A DNA stretch of 63,439 nt, the filler included, from Atractiella rhizophila (Eukaryota), in assembly GCA_021432655.1 (NCBI GenBank). It is 3 parts of 3 records of this genome, joined end to end, with 100 filler letters (N's around TTAATTAATTAA, not from the genome) between each part and the next. Parts side by side here need not be neighbours in the genome. Positions count along the whole stretch, not along the records: positions 1 to 25,540 come from MU271769.1; 2 more parts are not named here. One strand, given 5' to 3'. Under the pieces are notes generated by a model. That model ran no database searches, was not told the origin of the DNA, and saw only the letters and a list, made by a program, of their open reading frames with translations. How positions within the stretch are numbered: position 1 is the stretch's first letter; each line of letters opens with the position of its first letter. The translations under genes were made by a program, and so were the position numbers. Of this stretch, positions 1 to 13,521 are shown piece by piece.

Positions 1-3000
1 TCTCCGTTATTATTGCTAAATGGTGAACAGGTGGTTATATCCAGCACATACGACCAGCAAAACGGTGCCTCGTCTTGAATATGGACACCCGCGTTGGAGT
101 CGTATAGTGCGCTGCTTTTTCAATCCCCCTTGTCACCAGAATGTTGATAATCTAACAATCGGACTGGTCGATCTCTCATCGAATTCATCCTCGAACTCCT
201 CAAAGATCCTCCTTCAGATCTTAACCTCGGACGGGCTAGCCACTTCACCGTTGACGGTCTGAGAGCTGACAGAATGGATGGCCAACTTCGGCTTAACATA
301 GGACGGTTGTTGCGAAAACGAGAGATTGAATATTGTCCACGAGAAGGGAATGTTGTCACAAGAGGAAGAATATCCGGCTTAGGATTGGTAGGGGCCGATC
401 AAGAAATGTTCGAGATTAATGAAGGTGGTAAAACAACTAGGATCAGTGTTGCGGTACTTTTTTTCCTGTGTCTGTGCCTCAAGTCCAATATTAACGAAAC
501 ATGCAGCATTATATTGAGCGCAAGTACAATCTGCGTTTACGGCACCCTCAACTTCCCTGCGTCACGATCAAGAACGGCAGCGTATCTCTCCCCATGGAAC
601 TCTGCGTACCTCGTAAGGTGGGTTCAAATCTTCATCATCGGATTCTTCAAAGTTAATCTGTGAGACAACAGGGTCAGTTGTTCAAAGGGAAAGCAGCTGC
701 AGGTTTGATTATGGAGATGCTCAAATTTGTCAGGGCAGGGTAAGTCCAATAATCTGTACACAACAAATTACCTTAATGCCACATGATAGGCCAGCTGTCA
801 GGATTGGAAAGGTCGTCAACATGTTGGACACAATAAAGACCATTAATGCGGCAAGTCCAGAGTAGGCTCCATCTCTCCCCCAGATCAATCCACTGATAAA
901 TTACCGGTAGCATGCGCCAATTGGGCATAGCTCCAACTCTCAAAGCCATTGAAATGGTAGCCCGAGTCCTATCAGCACCGCGATTAGCCTACCGCGGGTG
1001 TGCACTTCACCTTCTCCTCACATCTTGCTCATCCTCTTGTCAGTGCACCACTTCGAGGGGATCCTGCCAAACAACAGTCGGTTCATGTGGCCCCAGATGT
1101 GCATTTATCAGCAGGAGAGCATCGCGTGGTGAAGGGGTCGTGGAATGTTACCCAGCAAAGTTTCAGTGAGGTGGTGCAGTGTAGTGACTGGCACGTTGAA
1201 TATTTGATCTCAATGCCAGTTGTGATAGGCAAGGGCTTAGGATCTTCTTCTGTTTTGTCAACCACCACCGCGAACAAGAATTTCTTGGCTTATTGCAAAG
1301 AGCTGGGCCAGCTAGAGGGATGACCTTTTCTAGACCGCGTGTCGTAACGGGCAGACAAGAAAGTGGTAACAGAACCGCAATTGGACAGCAGCTTGAACGA
1401 ACCTTGCGGGATCATCTGTCCGCAAAAACGCAGTTGGTCCTTGTCGTGTTGGAAAGGAAAGATCAGATCTACCGTCCCTGGCTCAAGCGCTTTCGTGTGT
1501 CTTCTGATGCTGTCTCTATAGATTGCTAACGAGTTCTCTAGTTGACGGACAAGGCATTCCATCTCAATTTGTACTGTGGACAGAAAATAAAAGGATGAAT
1601 GACCAATATATGAACAATCTCCTTCTCAAAATTAACGTCAAATTAGGCGGATTCAATCACTTTTGTCAGGTCCACTGTTTTGCCTCTCTGTAGATTTATT
1701 GCTCAATCATTTCCAGCCGGTTGATGCGATGCTACCCGGGCAATTTACCATGGTCATGGGTCAGTTTCTTGCCAGCCAGCACGACTAGCACGCTCGAGGA
1801 GGCTGATTGTTGACTAGGTGCGGATGCAACCCACGCCTTGGGATTCGAGAAGCCCTCCATTGTTGCCGTCGTTGGGTCAGTCAACGAAGTCCTGACAAAA
1901 TACTCGGCAGAGGTTAGAGTGCAGCGGCTCTTGGAGGTGGATGTGCAAGGCTCAAGTGGTTCATCTTCTAGTTCTAATGAGACGGCTGAGATATGTCTAG
2001 GACGTGCGAAGAAGATGGACATAATCGAAGAGCTGCCTAGCATGGCCAAGGTATGCTTCAATTCTTTCTCTCACGCGCCGGCTTACATTGCATTTAGATC
2101 CTTCTCAAATAGATACTATGTGCGCAGGCCATTCCTATTTTCCTCAACCATCTAACAAGCTTTGTGCTCTAGGAAAAATAAAGGCAGATTTCCTCAACAG
2201 CTTGTTTTCTTCCGCGATGGTGACTTCGCCATCTCTCTATCCACGGCTTTCTGACAGACATCTTGCAGGTGTTTCCGAGTCGGAATATGTGGCAGTGATG
2301 CAGGTTGAAGTCAGAGAGCTTCGGGTATATGGTTTCCTTCTCACTTACAAGCGGGGTCTGACCATGAGCAGTTATTTTGAAAGCTGCTTGTGAAGAGCAA
2401 GTGAAGAGAAACGGGCTGAGGGAGATGATAGTGCGTCCTGTCCCGTTATAACCTTCAATCTCAAGGTGTGATAGCAATTGACCTATATTGTCTGCGGCAA
2501 ACGGTTCGTCAGTTGCACGCACATCCTTTCAGGATCTTAGGAGATTTTTGCTAGCCACAACTTCCGATTCGAGCCCCTCGACAAGGACCCGGAGTGCGTA
2601 AAGGATAATTGTCCCGCGGGTACAGTTGTTGATGACAAAAATTATCACCCCACGACGTTCGTATCCTCACTCATGGCTCCCCCTCATCATAATAAGCCAC
2701 AATCTAGTGTACGATTTCTATCTTCAGAGTCATGCGGCCATCCAAGGAACCAGTGCCAGCACGCACTATACGGTGTTGTGGGACGATCATAACTGGCAGT
2801 AAGGGTCTGGTCCTGTTTACTCTCTTCCGCCTTCATTGTTTTGTCCAGTCCGGATCGACTGCATCCTTTCTGCAATGGGCTGGCCAACAACTTTCAAAGA
2901 GCTACTCGCTCGATCTCGATGCCTGCACCGGTCTACTATGCTGACATAGGTACGTGTCGTTAGCCCTCTACCTGCTCTTCGAGTGGCGCTGATGGAAAGG

Positions 3001-3170
3001 CAGTTTGCACGAGAGCTCGCGAATGGTTTTTCGAAGAAGATGATCATGCTGCCACCCACACAACCCCTACCGCTCAGGAAAGGTTTCAGGATTTGCAAGC
3101 GTACCAAGCCCGCCTCGCCAGCATGCAGCAAGGGCTGAATGCTATGGCTTATAAGATGTGGTTCTCTTGA
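1..3170 (+). CDS. Argonaute/QDE-2-like protein (PAZ-MID-PIWI), 5'-partial, many introns
   Basis: Spliced translation gives PAZ end [34 protein letters not shown], and PIWI motifs GADATH (~1818), [59 protein letters not shown]; ends KMWFS* at 3170. Confidence 0.93.
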
Positions 3171-3704
3171 ATTCTTTGTTGTTTGAACAGATGTATCCCT
3201 GTTTCCATGTCGCAGCCTCGAATTTACAATTTGTTTTAGCTTACTTCAATTTCTTGCTTGATGTCTCTTATTCGCTTCGCAAAATTGGTGGATGTTTGCA
3301 CTCCTCGTGAAATATGTAGCCCATGATGATGAAAAATACATATTTTTTAGCAGAACAAAACACTGGTCTTCACCAATTCTTCACCAACCACGATAACTCT
3401 TCCTTCCCATCCTGAAAAGTACGATAATAAGGGAAAGAACGAGGGATAGAATCGCCCACCTGTCGCCAGAACTCACTATAAGTCTTCGTCAGCTAACATC
3501 ATGTCTCTACTATATTGTACACCAATATATCATGTTTAAGCTGTGATAAGAGCAAGGTTAGAGCACGTTCAGAAGTTCAGAAGTGCTAGTCCCAACTTGT
3601 TAATGCTTGACGTGAACAGTTAATTTGAAATTGGAAAGGAAAGAAACCAACTACCACCGAAGTCTTGCCAAACGCAGAAGCTAGAATATTCGAGGGGAAG
3701 AAAG

Positions 3705-5546
3705 ATGGTAGGCCCTTTTCGCGCCACGCTCCCCGTCTTTCGCGCCACTTCCGCCGCCAATTTCAACTACGCACGGCTGAAAGCAGACAACGCCCTCTTC
3801 ACCAGAACCGCCATCGTCTCAGGCAACAACGTCGCTTCCCACGCTCGCTTCAAGATCAAGACTCGCCGGTCATGGAAACCTAACGTGCAGAAGAAGACGT
3901 TTTATTCCGGAATCTTGGGAAGGAAGTTGAAGGTGAAGGCGACGAGGAGGACGTGGAGGACTGTAGAGAAGATTGAGAGGGAGATGGTGGAGAAGGAGGA
4001 GAAGGAGGGACAGTTGGTACTTGGGAAGGGACAGAGGAAGAGGAGCGCGGTAGATTGGTATTTTTGGAGGACAAGCGAGGAGAGGTTGGGACCGTGGGGT
4101 GCAAAAATGAAGGCAAAGGTGTGCTTTTCATTCTCTTGACGAATGGAGGCGGAGAGGGGCCCCACCTGTCTCTGTTTGATTCAGCATTATCCTGAGCTTA
4201 CAACCAGAGTCTTTGAGCGTCTCATTCTGTTCTACATTGTGGTGGAACATCCATATGCTCCCGCGAGCCTTGAACTGAAAAGAGGATTATATTCCTGAAA
4301 GATGGAGGCATTTATCAATTATTGAGGTTTTTCCTGTTCTCCCCTTGGAGCTGAATGGATGATAACCTTCCAGAGACAGGGAGGCTTGACACTCCTGTAC
4401 GCGGATGTGCTGAAGAAGGGAAGCCAATGGCTGATATCTGACTTGTGGACGGCTTCAATGTGCGACCACCTCGTTTTGAGTTAAAGTGTTGGAATTTGTC
4501 TTTCTTGTCAAAGGAGGGGAGCAAATGACCCATTTTTCGAAATAGAGGGCAGAGAAGGTCATCTCTATGTCTCAGAGGTTGCCTACTTCACAGCGTGTTC
4601 TGTCTAACTTTTTTTGTTCTTTGATGTTGATATGGAGCTGGCCAATGGCGGCGTTCTCTGGAGTGGAAGGGTAAGGCTGGACCATAATAAATGTGGCTAG
4701 CCTGAGTGTTGCTCAAGTTCTCCTTACCACCTCGTCCCCGATCCAATTACGAGCGACACTGTCCATGATATTCTTCTCTCCCTTTGAGGGAAACACAACA
4801 CCTGTAGCTCTGCCCTCGGTGAACCTTGCTGATTTCTTCTCTAGATCGCTCACAAAGAATGGAAGCTATCACCTGAAGGAGTGCTAGCGGCCCGTCAAAA
4901 TCGTCGACAGCTGCGAACGAAAGCAGCAGTGGAACACACAAAGCAGTCCCTCCTTTCTTACTACCTCCCGTCCCTCCTCCAATAGCCTGGACCATCCGAG
5001 TCAACCGTTCCCAGTCCTATCGTCCCATTGCTCCTCCCCCAGCACCCAGAACCGCCCCAACGCACCTTGTTCTTCCTCCCGCTCCCAGGACCTGAATCTT
5101 TCGTCGGTCGTCTCTCCTCTCGCGTGTTGTCGATGTTTGGTCTCGACAGGAGCGCGAAAGAGGACTTTGAGAGGATGGAGAAGCTGGCGAAAGAGGAAGA
5201 GGTGAAGAGGAGGGAAGAGAGCCCGGCTGAGAGGGAGAGGAGGATGAAGCAGGCGACGAAGGAGTTTGCGGATTCGGGCTTCTTTGCTCGTGAAGCAGAG
5301 GAGTTGGTCGGGGACGGAGGAGGAGGAAGGTCGTGCTTAATCCTTTCAAGAGGATTAGGATGTGGATGGAGAGTCGGAGACAGGATGTCGTACTTCAGTT
5401 CACCCACTCCATCGAATTCACTGGCGAGACCGGTTGGTGTGGATGAGTGGGCGAAGCAACAGGTGGATAAGGATGTGGAGAGGAGGGAGATGTGGAAGAA
5501 GAGACTTACAAAGCAGCCAGATGAAGCAAATGTCGGAGTCGCGTAG
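3705..5546 (+). CDS. Mitochondrial ribosomal protein bL28m-like (L28 family); 3' exon structure uncertain
   Basis: Exon 3705-4118 has the L28 signature GNNV..KTRRSWKPNVQKKTFYSGILGRKLKVKAT. Probable 726-nt intron 4119-4844, then the frame of ORF 5028-5546 (in-frame TAG at 4983-4985 needs a further intron or is the true stop). Confidence 0.7.
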
Positions 5547-5738
5547 GCTGGAGGGGTTTAATTGATAAAAGTATCGGTAGACTATTACTGCTCATTATTG
5601 CACAAACCTTCCTCACCCTTTGGCGATTCGGCATCCGAACAATCTAAAAGTACAGTCCAATTGCACAGGTACCACCAACACGGCCCAAAACCAAATAAGT
5701 TACAAATGGTCCTTTACATCTAATCTACGACGAAAGAT

Positions 5739-7538
5739 TTACCACTCCCAAACTTTATACAATCCTTCTTTCAGCGAAACCGAGAAAGGTAGCAAATTCC
5801 AGAGTCTCTTCCACCTCCCACTTCTCTCCACGCTCGCCACATATACCCCTACCACGACTACGCCAACGGCGACACCCACCAAAATCGTTCCCATTCCAAT
5901 CTCCCACTTCCCTTCCGTCCCCTTTCGCTTCGGCTTCTCTTCCACCGGAGGCGGTTCAGGCTTCACTATCCCTTCACCGGTCCGTATGATCGCGAGTGCC
6001 TCTGCATCTGATTTTAGAGACAAATCCCAGGTGTAAAGGACAGAGTTGACCTCCATTATACCGTCAGCAAGGGATGAGAGGGGATAGAGTTCCTCCAACG
6101 ACAGAGCAAGAGCAAATACGGTGGATAGAGAGGTAGAAGGTGGAGTTGGAGGTACTGTAGCTGGTCTTGTTTGTGGGGCGTCATCTGCGAGGTCGGAGGG
6201 TGAGATGGAAGCGGAGGGATCGAGGAGCATGGAGTCCGTATACTCTGAGAGGAAGGAAGAACGCTTGGGAGGAGGGGTGGGAGATGGGGTTGAGGGCGGA
6301 GGAGGAAATGGAGAGGAAGCGGGAGAAAAGGTTGGGAGCTTGGACATCTGTGCGTGAAGCATTGCTGGGTCATCATCATCTTCTTCGTATTCTTGAGAGG
6401 AGGAGGAGGCGGGAGGGGGAGGAGCGGAGTGGAGCTGGTCTTGTCTTGTGAGGATCATCTGTGTACAGCAGAGGTTCATATTAGAATGCGACAGATGACG
6501 AGAGAAAAGCCTTACGGCAGCACCTAGGTATATCACCATCCCAGGGCTCCTGGAGAGCAGAAAGTCAAAGGTCCATTTGACCATCTCCTCATCGTCGAGG
6601 TCGTGGCTCAGCAAGGTGAGAACCCAACTGATTGAAAAGTAGGGTAATCCGCCTACCCCTTCCAATTTCTCTCCTAATGACGGCCGATGCTTTTTGACAA
6701 CCTTCAATAGCATCCTGAGATAACCCATGGTGGGGAGGAGGGTAGTAGTGAGCGAGTCCCGAATGCGGTGGAGGAGGAGGAACCGGGAGGAGTGGTACAG
6801 CACGTTCCGTTGATGCCTCGTTGCAGGAGGGGACACGAGAGAAGGTGACGTGGAGGCAGAGAATGGGAGCAGGACGAGAAGCAGGACGGAGAGGATGTCG
6901 TGTAACCCTTGGAAGTAGTTCAGCTCCGGATTTCGGCGTAGTAGAGCAACAATGAGGTCGTTAAGGCGAGACTGAAGGGCTTCCTTCTCATTTGCTGAAA
7001 GACCTATGCCCCAACTCACTACCATTCCCTTCCTGTGAAGTAGAAATCAGGCTCACCGACTGGGAAGTGCACGAAACTCCTTCGAATGTCGAGCAAAACT
7101 TGATGCTCATCTTTGTGCTCTTCTAAAGCACTGACATCGAGTAAGTCCTCCTCCTCTTCCTCCTTGACATCCACGTCTTCTCCCTTCTGCTCTCTGAACC
7201 CAGACTCCATACGCTCCTCCTTTGGATGCTCAGCATGCACGAAGCTCTCAGCGGGTGACTTCTCGCTCCCCGCCGTACTGTTAGCGGAATCCGTACGTCT
7301 AGCAGCCTCCCATCCTTCCTTGGAGAGTAGAAATGGCCTATGCAGACATCGCCTACGTCAACAAAGGCGGTCTCTACCAGGGAGGTATGAGGGACACTCA
7401 CCAAATCTCACAGCGGGTGGAATCAATCACAAACCCTCCTGGGCGAAGGGCGAGATGGCGCAGACGCGCAAAGTCACGAGAGGGACTGTTGATGCCCAGG
7501 GAAGGGAGAGACGCAAAGGAGGATGACAGGGAAGCCAT
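5739..7538 (-). CDS. TBC-domain Rab GTPase-activating protein (Gyp8/TBC1D20-like) with C-terminal membrane anchor
   Basis: HKDEHQVLLDIRRSFVHFP, LNYFQGLHDI, PYFSISWVLTLLSHDL; hydrophobic C-terminal ILVGVAVGVVVVGVYV. Confidence 0.88.
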
Positions 7539-7704
7539 TGAGGTCGTCGTGGTGCGAGAATCAGGTGACATTTGCACTTCAGTGACCATGATTGACCAGG
7601 ACGATGATTTCTATAATACAATATATATTCGTTCATTCCATCAGTACCAGTACACAAGCAATTCCTACTTTACATTCTATATTATTTACGACATTGAATA
7701 TCCT

Positions 7705-9593
7705 TCAGACATCCACCACCTCAAATTTCGCCAACAGTGTCCCGTTATGTTTGCCCTTCATGTTCATCATCCTTATAAATCGCCATCCCTCCTGCAGATA
7801 AAGTACACGGGTGCAGAAGACCGCGACCTCGTCGTCTTTACCAAATACATCTTCCTTGATCGTTATCCTGTTTGCCAACATCAGCAAAAAAAATAAGAAA
7901 AAAAAGAAAAGACGAACCGGAGAAAGGTGAGTCCATCCTCTTCGAAGTACCACTCAAACTCTTCATCCCACCAAATGTTCGTTCCTCCCTCCTTTTCATC
8001 CTTTACTTTCAAATGTTTACTCTCCCAACTCTCGTTCTTGCCTCCGTTGGCAGGGAACAACTTCACTTTAAGATACGCATCCCACTTCTCTCCCCTCGCA
8101 TCACTAGTCGGTATAACCCCACTGACTCCTTTAAGAGAACCTCTAATTATCCTCCTCTTGCTCCCACCGTTCCTAAAATCATCAGGCTTAAGCACCCATC
8201 CGGGAGTCCCAGCGAACATGCCCTCGTTGAACTGCATCCCCAAATCGTACGTTTGCCAGTTGAGGGAAACGACGTGGGAGCCGGTACGCCAGTATTTGAG
8301 AGCGTTCGGGTTGGTGCTCTGGATGCGTGTTCCACGAGGGAAGATTCGGCGGAGGTTTTGGTAGGCGTGGGCGATTAGGTCCGTGAGAGAATGTGGGAGG
8401 AGAGAGGATAGAGTGGATTCTGAGACGTTGATAAGGATGTTTTTGGGGTCGAGAAATGCTAGTAATGTCATTCAGTCTAGCAAAATGAATGAAATGTTTG
8501 GCTAACTCTCAAGCTGCCATCCTGACTTGGGTTTCATACTCCTGCAATAGAGCCCAAGAGCAGCAAGTTCCGGTGAGATCTTGCCGTGATCATGTTTGCC
8601 TGCTTCGTCCTCCTTGACAATGTGCGGTCCATTCTGCACGTCTTCTTCTTCCTCCTCAGAAGAGGACGAGCTGTCGTCCTTATTGTCTGGAGGGTAATAT
8701 TCAACCTGTTCCAGCCATCCACATCATAGTCGCTTTCTTAGTGCAGCTCAAAGGAATTGAGAGAACGAGGAACGAACCATCAACACAATCCTTCCCCGTA
8801 ATTCTCGCGGGCTGACTCCATCTTCACTGACGCCCTCAATCTCCGTATCTACCAACTTCTGCCCCCATTCTTCCTTCATGATCCTGACCAATTCTCCCTG
8901 TCTAGCGATGCCCACATGACACTCCAAAGAGACCAATACCGGCCAATCATTGGGTCCGACCTGGGCTCCGATCGCTCGACAAACGTCCACGAATGGCACG
9001 CTCTTCGAAAAGGTGTGTCCATGCGTCACGATCAAGCCTTCAGTGGAAGGCCAGACGTCGATCTCCACGCAGCGGCCGTGACTATCCCACAACAATACGG
9101 TGAGTAGGGGGTACGGTGGAGAGATGGGAGAATGGAGGGGCGAACCGCATGAGGACGTGTGTGTATGAAGCAGCAGAAGACTTCCCCATGAGCTGGCCCG
9201 AGAGGAGATAGGTGTTATGCGACGACCTGTCAGTTCAATCCATAAGCAACGCGAAAGGCAGAAAGGAAGGGGAGAAAAGGGAGACACGGACGAGATGAAA
9301 TAGTGTGTAAGGGGTTTGCTGTCGTCCACAGGAGGAGGGACCACAGAAGGAGTCCGAAGAAGCTCAGCAGCATCCTGGTAGACCGACATATGTTAGCAAG
9401 CCCGCGAGCCTTAAAAGATTATATTTCAGAGGGAGGTACATACCAACCCTTCAGAATCCAAGAACTCTAGAACTGGCTCGCTCAACTTGACATCGCTGTT
9501 GGCGTTGGCTGGGGATACATTGTGCTCTGTCTGAAAGGCCACATCCGAATTCTTGAAGAGTTCGAAGGCGGCGCGCTTTTCTTCTTCGCTCAT
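7705..9593 (-). CDS. Phosphoinositide-specific phospholipase C (X box, Y box, C2)
   Basis: [42 protein letters not shown] (X box); [40 protein letters not shown] (Y box); C2-like tail. Confidence 0.92.
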
Positions 9594-11405
9594 TGTACCT
9601 CTTATTTGTTGGATGGCTGGATGAAACTCGTGCGGGAGCTGGTGAAGGAGATTGTTGTTGATTGTTGTTATCACTCACGTTCAACTATTGTCCCTGACCC
9701 TATTGAATTCCAGGGATATTGACTCATCACGGTTGTAGGTGCCATTTCTCAGTTTGTTATCGTGGAGATGATGGAGGATATGGGAATGGATTATTGAAGT
9801 TGATCATCGGAAGGTGAAGCGATTCTTCTACCTTTAAAGACAGAGCATCACCATGGTACATCGTATGAAGAACTGTTGGATGCTACACTTGTTGTTATAT
9901 ATTAATGCGAGTGCTGTTAACAAATTTAAAATCAAAAGAAAAAAGTTTAGCTTGCGAAGGCGTCTAGCCCAGACTATAAGAGCCAAAGAAAAGGGAGATG
10001 AAGCGGAATAGGCTATGCTCGTCAAAGAGGTGCTCCGTACTATTGATATCATTAATGTGCTTTCATTTCAGCCTTGGAAATGTGCTGCGAAGCAGCTTTC
10101 CTTCTACTTCTTTGTCCCTTGATTTCTGAACGCCATGACCGAGAACAATTATGTATCCAAGGTGTGGAAAGAAGCACCGACACCTGGATTTGCTCCATGC
10201 AGAACCTGCACCCTGCTTGCGTCATGAAAGAGACACTATCGCGCGTCCAACGTGGAGCGGAAAGAAATCCTCTTCACTTTTTGGGCATTGTGCATTCTCT
10301 TCTGCCATGATCAGAAAAAGGAACAAACAGAGACCAGGGGATTTCTTGCAAGCGCAACCTTGCGACGCAAAAGGTCTGTCGTTGCGAATGTATGGCGGCT
10401 CGGAGACAACGTTGAGGGACGAAGGACGAAAGCCGAAGCGACGTACAATGCCATCTACACAGCCTTTGGCAAACATGTAGATGAGACGGCTGACCAATTG
10501 CTGGTGCACCCGTCACGCCACAACTCGACATATTCAAATGGTGGCTCGGCAATAAGTCACGGACTTTGGAGTGCGGTTGCTCGAAAAACGATGAAGATAT
10601 GTGGTGAATTTGGACTTGTCTCCTCACGTCGAAAACAGATGGAGGATTGAAGGCTGGTGTATATCTCGCAACGAATACGGATGATTGCAACATTTCGATT
10701 CCCGTAATAAAAGGGAGTGTGCCACCTCTGCTCCTACTATCATTGGATGCGCGTTGAGAAACAGGATGCCTAGCACACTTCCACCGCCATACATTGCGAC
10801 TTCAGAACACATTAACACAGTGTCTGAGGTAAACAGAACCCGCAGTCTTCCACAGGAAACAGTCACTGTTCAACTAGAGTACAAACTCCTCTCCTCTTCC
10901 GCACCATCCCTTGCGGGCGACCTGACAGGCCGACGCGACGTGAAAGCAAAGAAATACAGGAAGCGATGGTGGATGCGCCTCTTTGCTCGCGACCGGCACG
11001 GTGATATAATTATCAAACGAAGTTCGTGCCTGCTATTTCCTCGTCCCATCATCTTATGCATTCACGTTCGACAGAGAGACCGCAACCCCATTCAATGGCA
11101 CATGGTGTGACTCCATATCCCAATAATCTTGGGAGAGGGCCATCTGGTGTGCGTCGTCGATTGAATATGCTCATCTTCAATCTGACATCGTTTGGACATG
11201 TTTCAGAATATGCACTTGCTGTGATAGATCTGCATTTGATACATATTTAGTCTTTGTTATGTAGTAACAAAGCATAGTAATCATGATACAGAGCAGATAA
11301 ACAAACTTTCTAATTGTGCAAATCGGAATGCGCCGAAGCCGCAGAGTGTTCACCATTATGTCAGCATTGTAATACGGATTTTAGTCGGCGAATAATCATT
11401 GCACA

Positions 11406-12941
11406 ATGGAAATCGCAGACGAAGCATCCGGCTATCCTGCCGCCCGGGAAGAGCTCGCGGTTTCCTTGCTCAATCTCTGTTCGCGGCAATCGCCCCCTCC
11501 AACGCTGTCCGAGGTGAACGCGTCCCTTGAGGCTGGCGCGGACGCGTGGTACCAGGATGTTAGTGGATGGAGCTCGTTGCATTACGTCGCTTCTCAGATG
11601 GAGACGGAAGAAACGGTGCAGATCGTGGACAGCCTTTTGAAGGGTGGAGCGATATGGAATTTGACTGATGAAGCAGGATATGTGCGTATCGCCTTACCTA
11701 CCTCTTTGATATTTAGTTCGTTCAGACAGAGGCTCATGTGTTTGTTTGTTGGATTTGGCTAGGAAGACGGCTGGCGATATTGCTTTTTCACTCAATTCTA
11801 AACAGATCTACGCTCTCATCTTGGACGAAGGAATCCGGTTTGTTCTCCACTCTGGCGACTTCTTCGAAAACTAACAGGCCTTTTTCATTTGTGAGGCAGA
11901 TCTGAAATGCTCGGCACGCTTCTTGACCGCATACCTTCCGATTCAGCGGACGAAAATTCAGCAACGAAGGACGAACCTGTTGCAGAAGAAGAGGAGGGGG
12001 ATGGGACAGAACCAGGACCAAAAAAGAAAGAAGAAGATCCGGCAACATCAAACGCTGCATTCCTACAATCTCAACTTCGATATCTCACTTCTGCTACAGG
12101 TCAACAAATCCTAGTAGACGAGCAAAAGAATGGGGTGATGATGGGCTGGGAAACGGGAATCATGCGAGAGACTGCTAAATTGCTCCTGGGGTCCGAAGGA
12201 AGCGAAGGGGAAGATGAAGAGGTCGCGGTTCTCAACGTTGGGTTTGGGCTTGGACTGGTTTGTCTCCTCTCATTATCTCCTTGCTCGTTTTGTTGAAATG
12301 CCGGGGGAACAGGTAGATAAGGCTTTTCAAGAGCTCAAACCGACACGACATGTCATCATAGAACCCCATCCTTCCGTCCTCGCACACATGAAATCCCAAG
12401 GCTGGTACGACAAGTCCGGAGTCGAAGTGTACGAAGGTCGTTGGCAAGATTACATTTCCGCGATCGAAAAAGGTAAGGTAGAAGCCGCTCTATTCGACGC
12501 TGTATACTTTGACACTTTCAGGTTTGTCCCTCCCATTCTAACGCTCCAGATTTTAATCTGAGGTCCTGATGTTCGATTTGGTGGACGAAAAGTGAACATT
12601 ATACACATTTGAGGGAATTCTTTGAACAAGTCCCTAATTTACTCAAGGACGGAGGAAAGGCGAAATTCAGCTGGTTCAACGGCATGGGAGGGTCGTCCAG
12701 GCTTTTCTGGGATGTCTACACGTTCGTCCTTCCATATCCCTTCCCCCAATCGTCCTCCCTGATATATTGGCGTGTTATCAGCTCCGTTGCTGAGCTACAT
12801 CTGAAAGAGATCGGCCTGACCACCAAGTGGTACAGCGTGAAGGTGGATGATGAAGGAGAAGAAACGTGGAGCGGAATCAAGAAGGTTTATTGGATGGTTC
12901 CGGGAGAGTTTAGAATACCTATATCTATGATGGAGTATTAA
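11406..12941 (+). CDS. RMT2: Protein arginine N-methyltransferase 2 (ankyrin + SAM methyltransferase)
   Basis: Ankyrin GADAWYQD..GWSSLHY..GAIWN; VMMGWETGIM, VLNVGFGLG, HVIIEPHPSV, FDAVYFDTF, FSWFNGMG. Confidence 0.92.
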
Positions 12942-13521
12942 ACAACACGCATTCGGACAGCAATTCTGTCGCCAGAGGGACATTTCACATCCTTCTTAGT
13001 GAAGTTCGCAGGCATACTTTACTACGTCCAATAACAACGAGAATGTTGATGAAAACAAGTGAAAAATAAAACAAAATAGTAGAACCTATCTTTTGGACGA
13101 GATCAAGGGAAAAGCGTGAGAGAGGACGTTGTGGTCTCTGCCAGCACCCTTCTTACATCCCCCAGACTTCCACCTTCTTGTATAAACTCATCAAAACTTA
13201 CCGATTTATACTACATAAGGGCTTTCGTGACGTCAACCTGCTTCAGCAGTTTCAAGCGGTCTCGCATCGCATGAGGGTAAACGGGACGATAGAACGATTT
13301 TGAAACGCGTAAATTTCGGCTGTAAATGAGACTAATGCAATTGACAAACTCTGTATGTGTTGTGAGACATATGCGACGTAAACTAGAACAGAAGGATGAA
13401 GGGAACAACAAAATGCAATTGAGGCAAAACAGAACGCAGTCACGAAGGGTAAGAAAGCACAAATGCCAAACGGGTAATCCAAATATTCTGCAAATTATGC
13501 ATCTCTGATACACATTCAATA

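Noticed and set aside
10074..11250. Overlapping short ORFs between PLC and RMT2
   Set aside because: No recognisable motif or consistent splice model.
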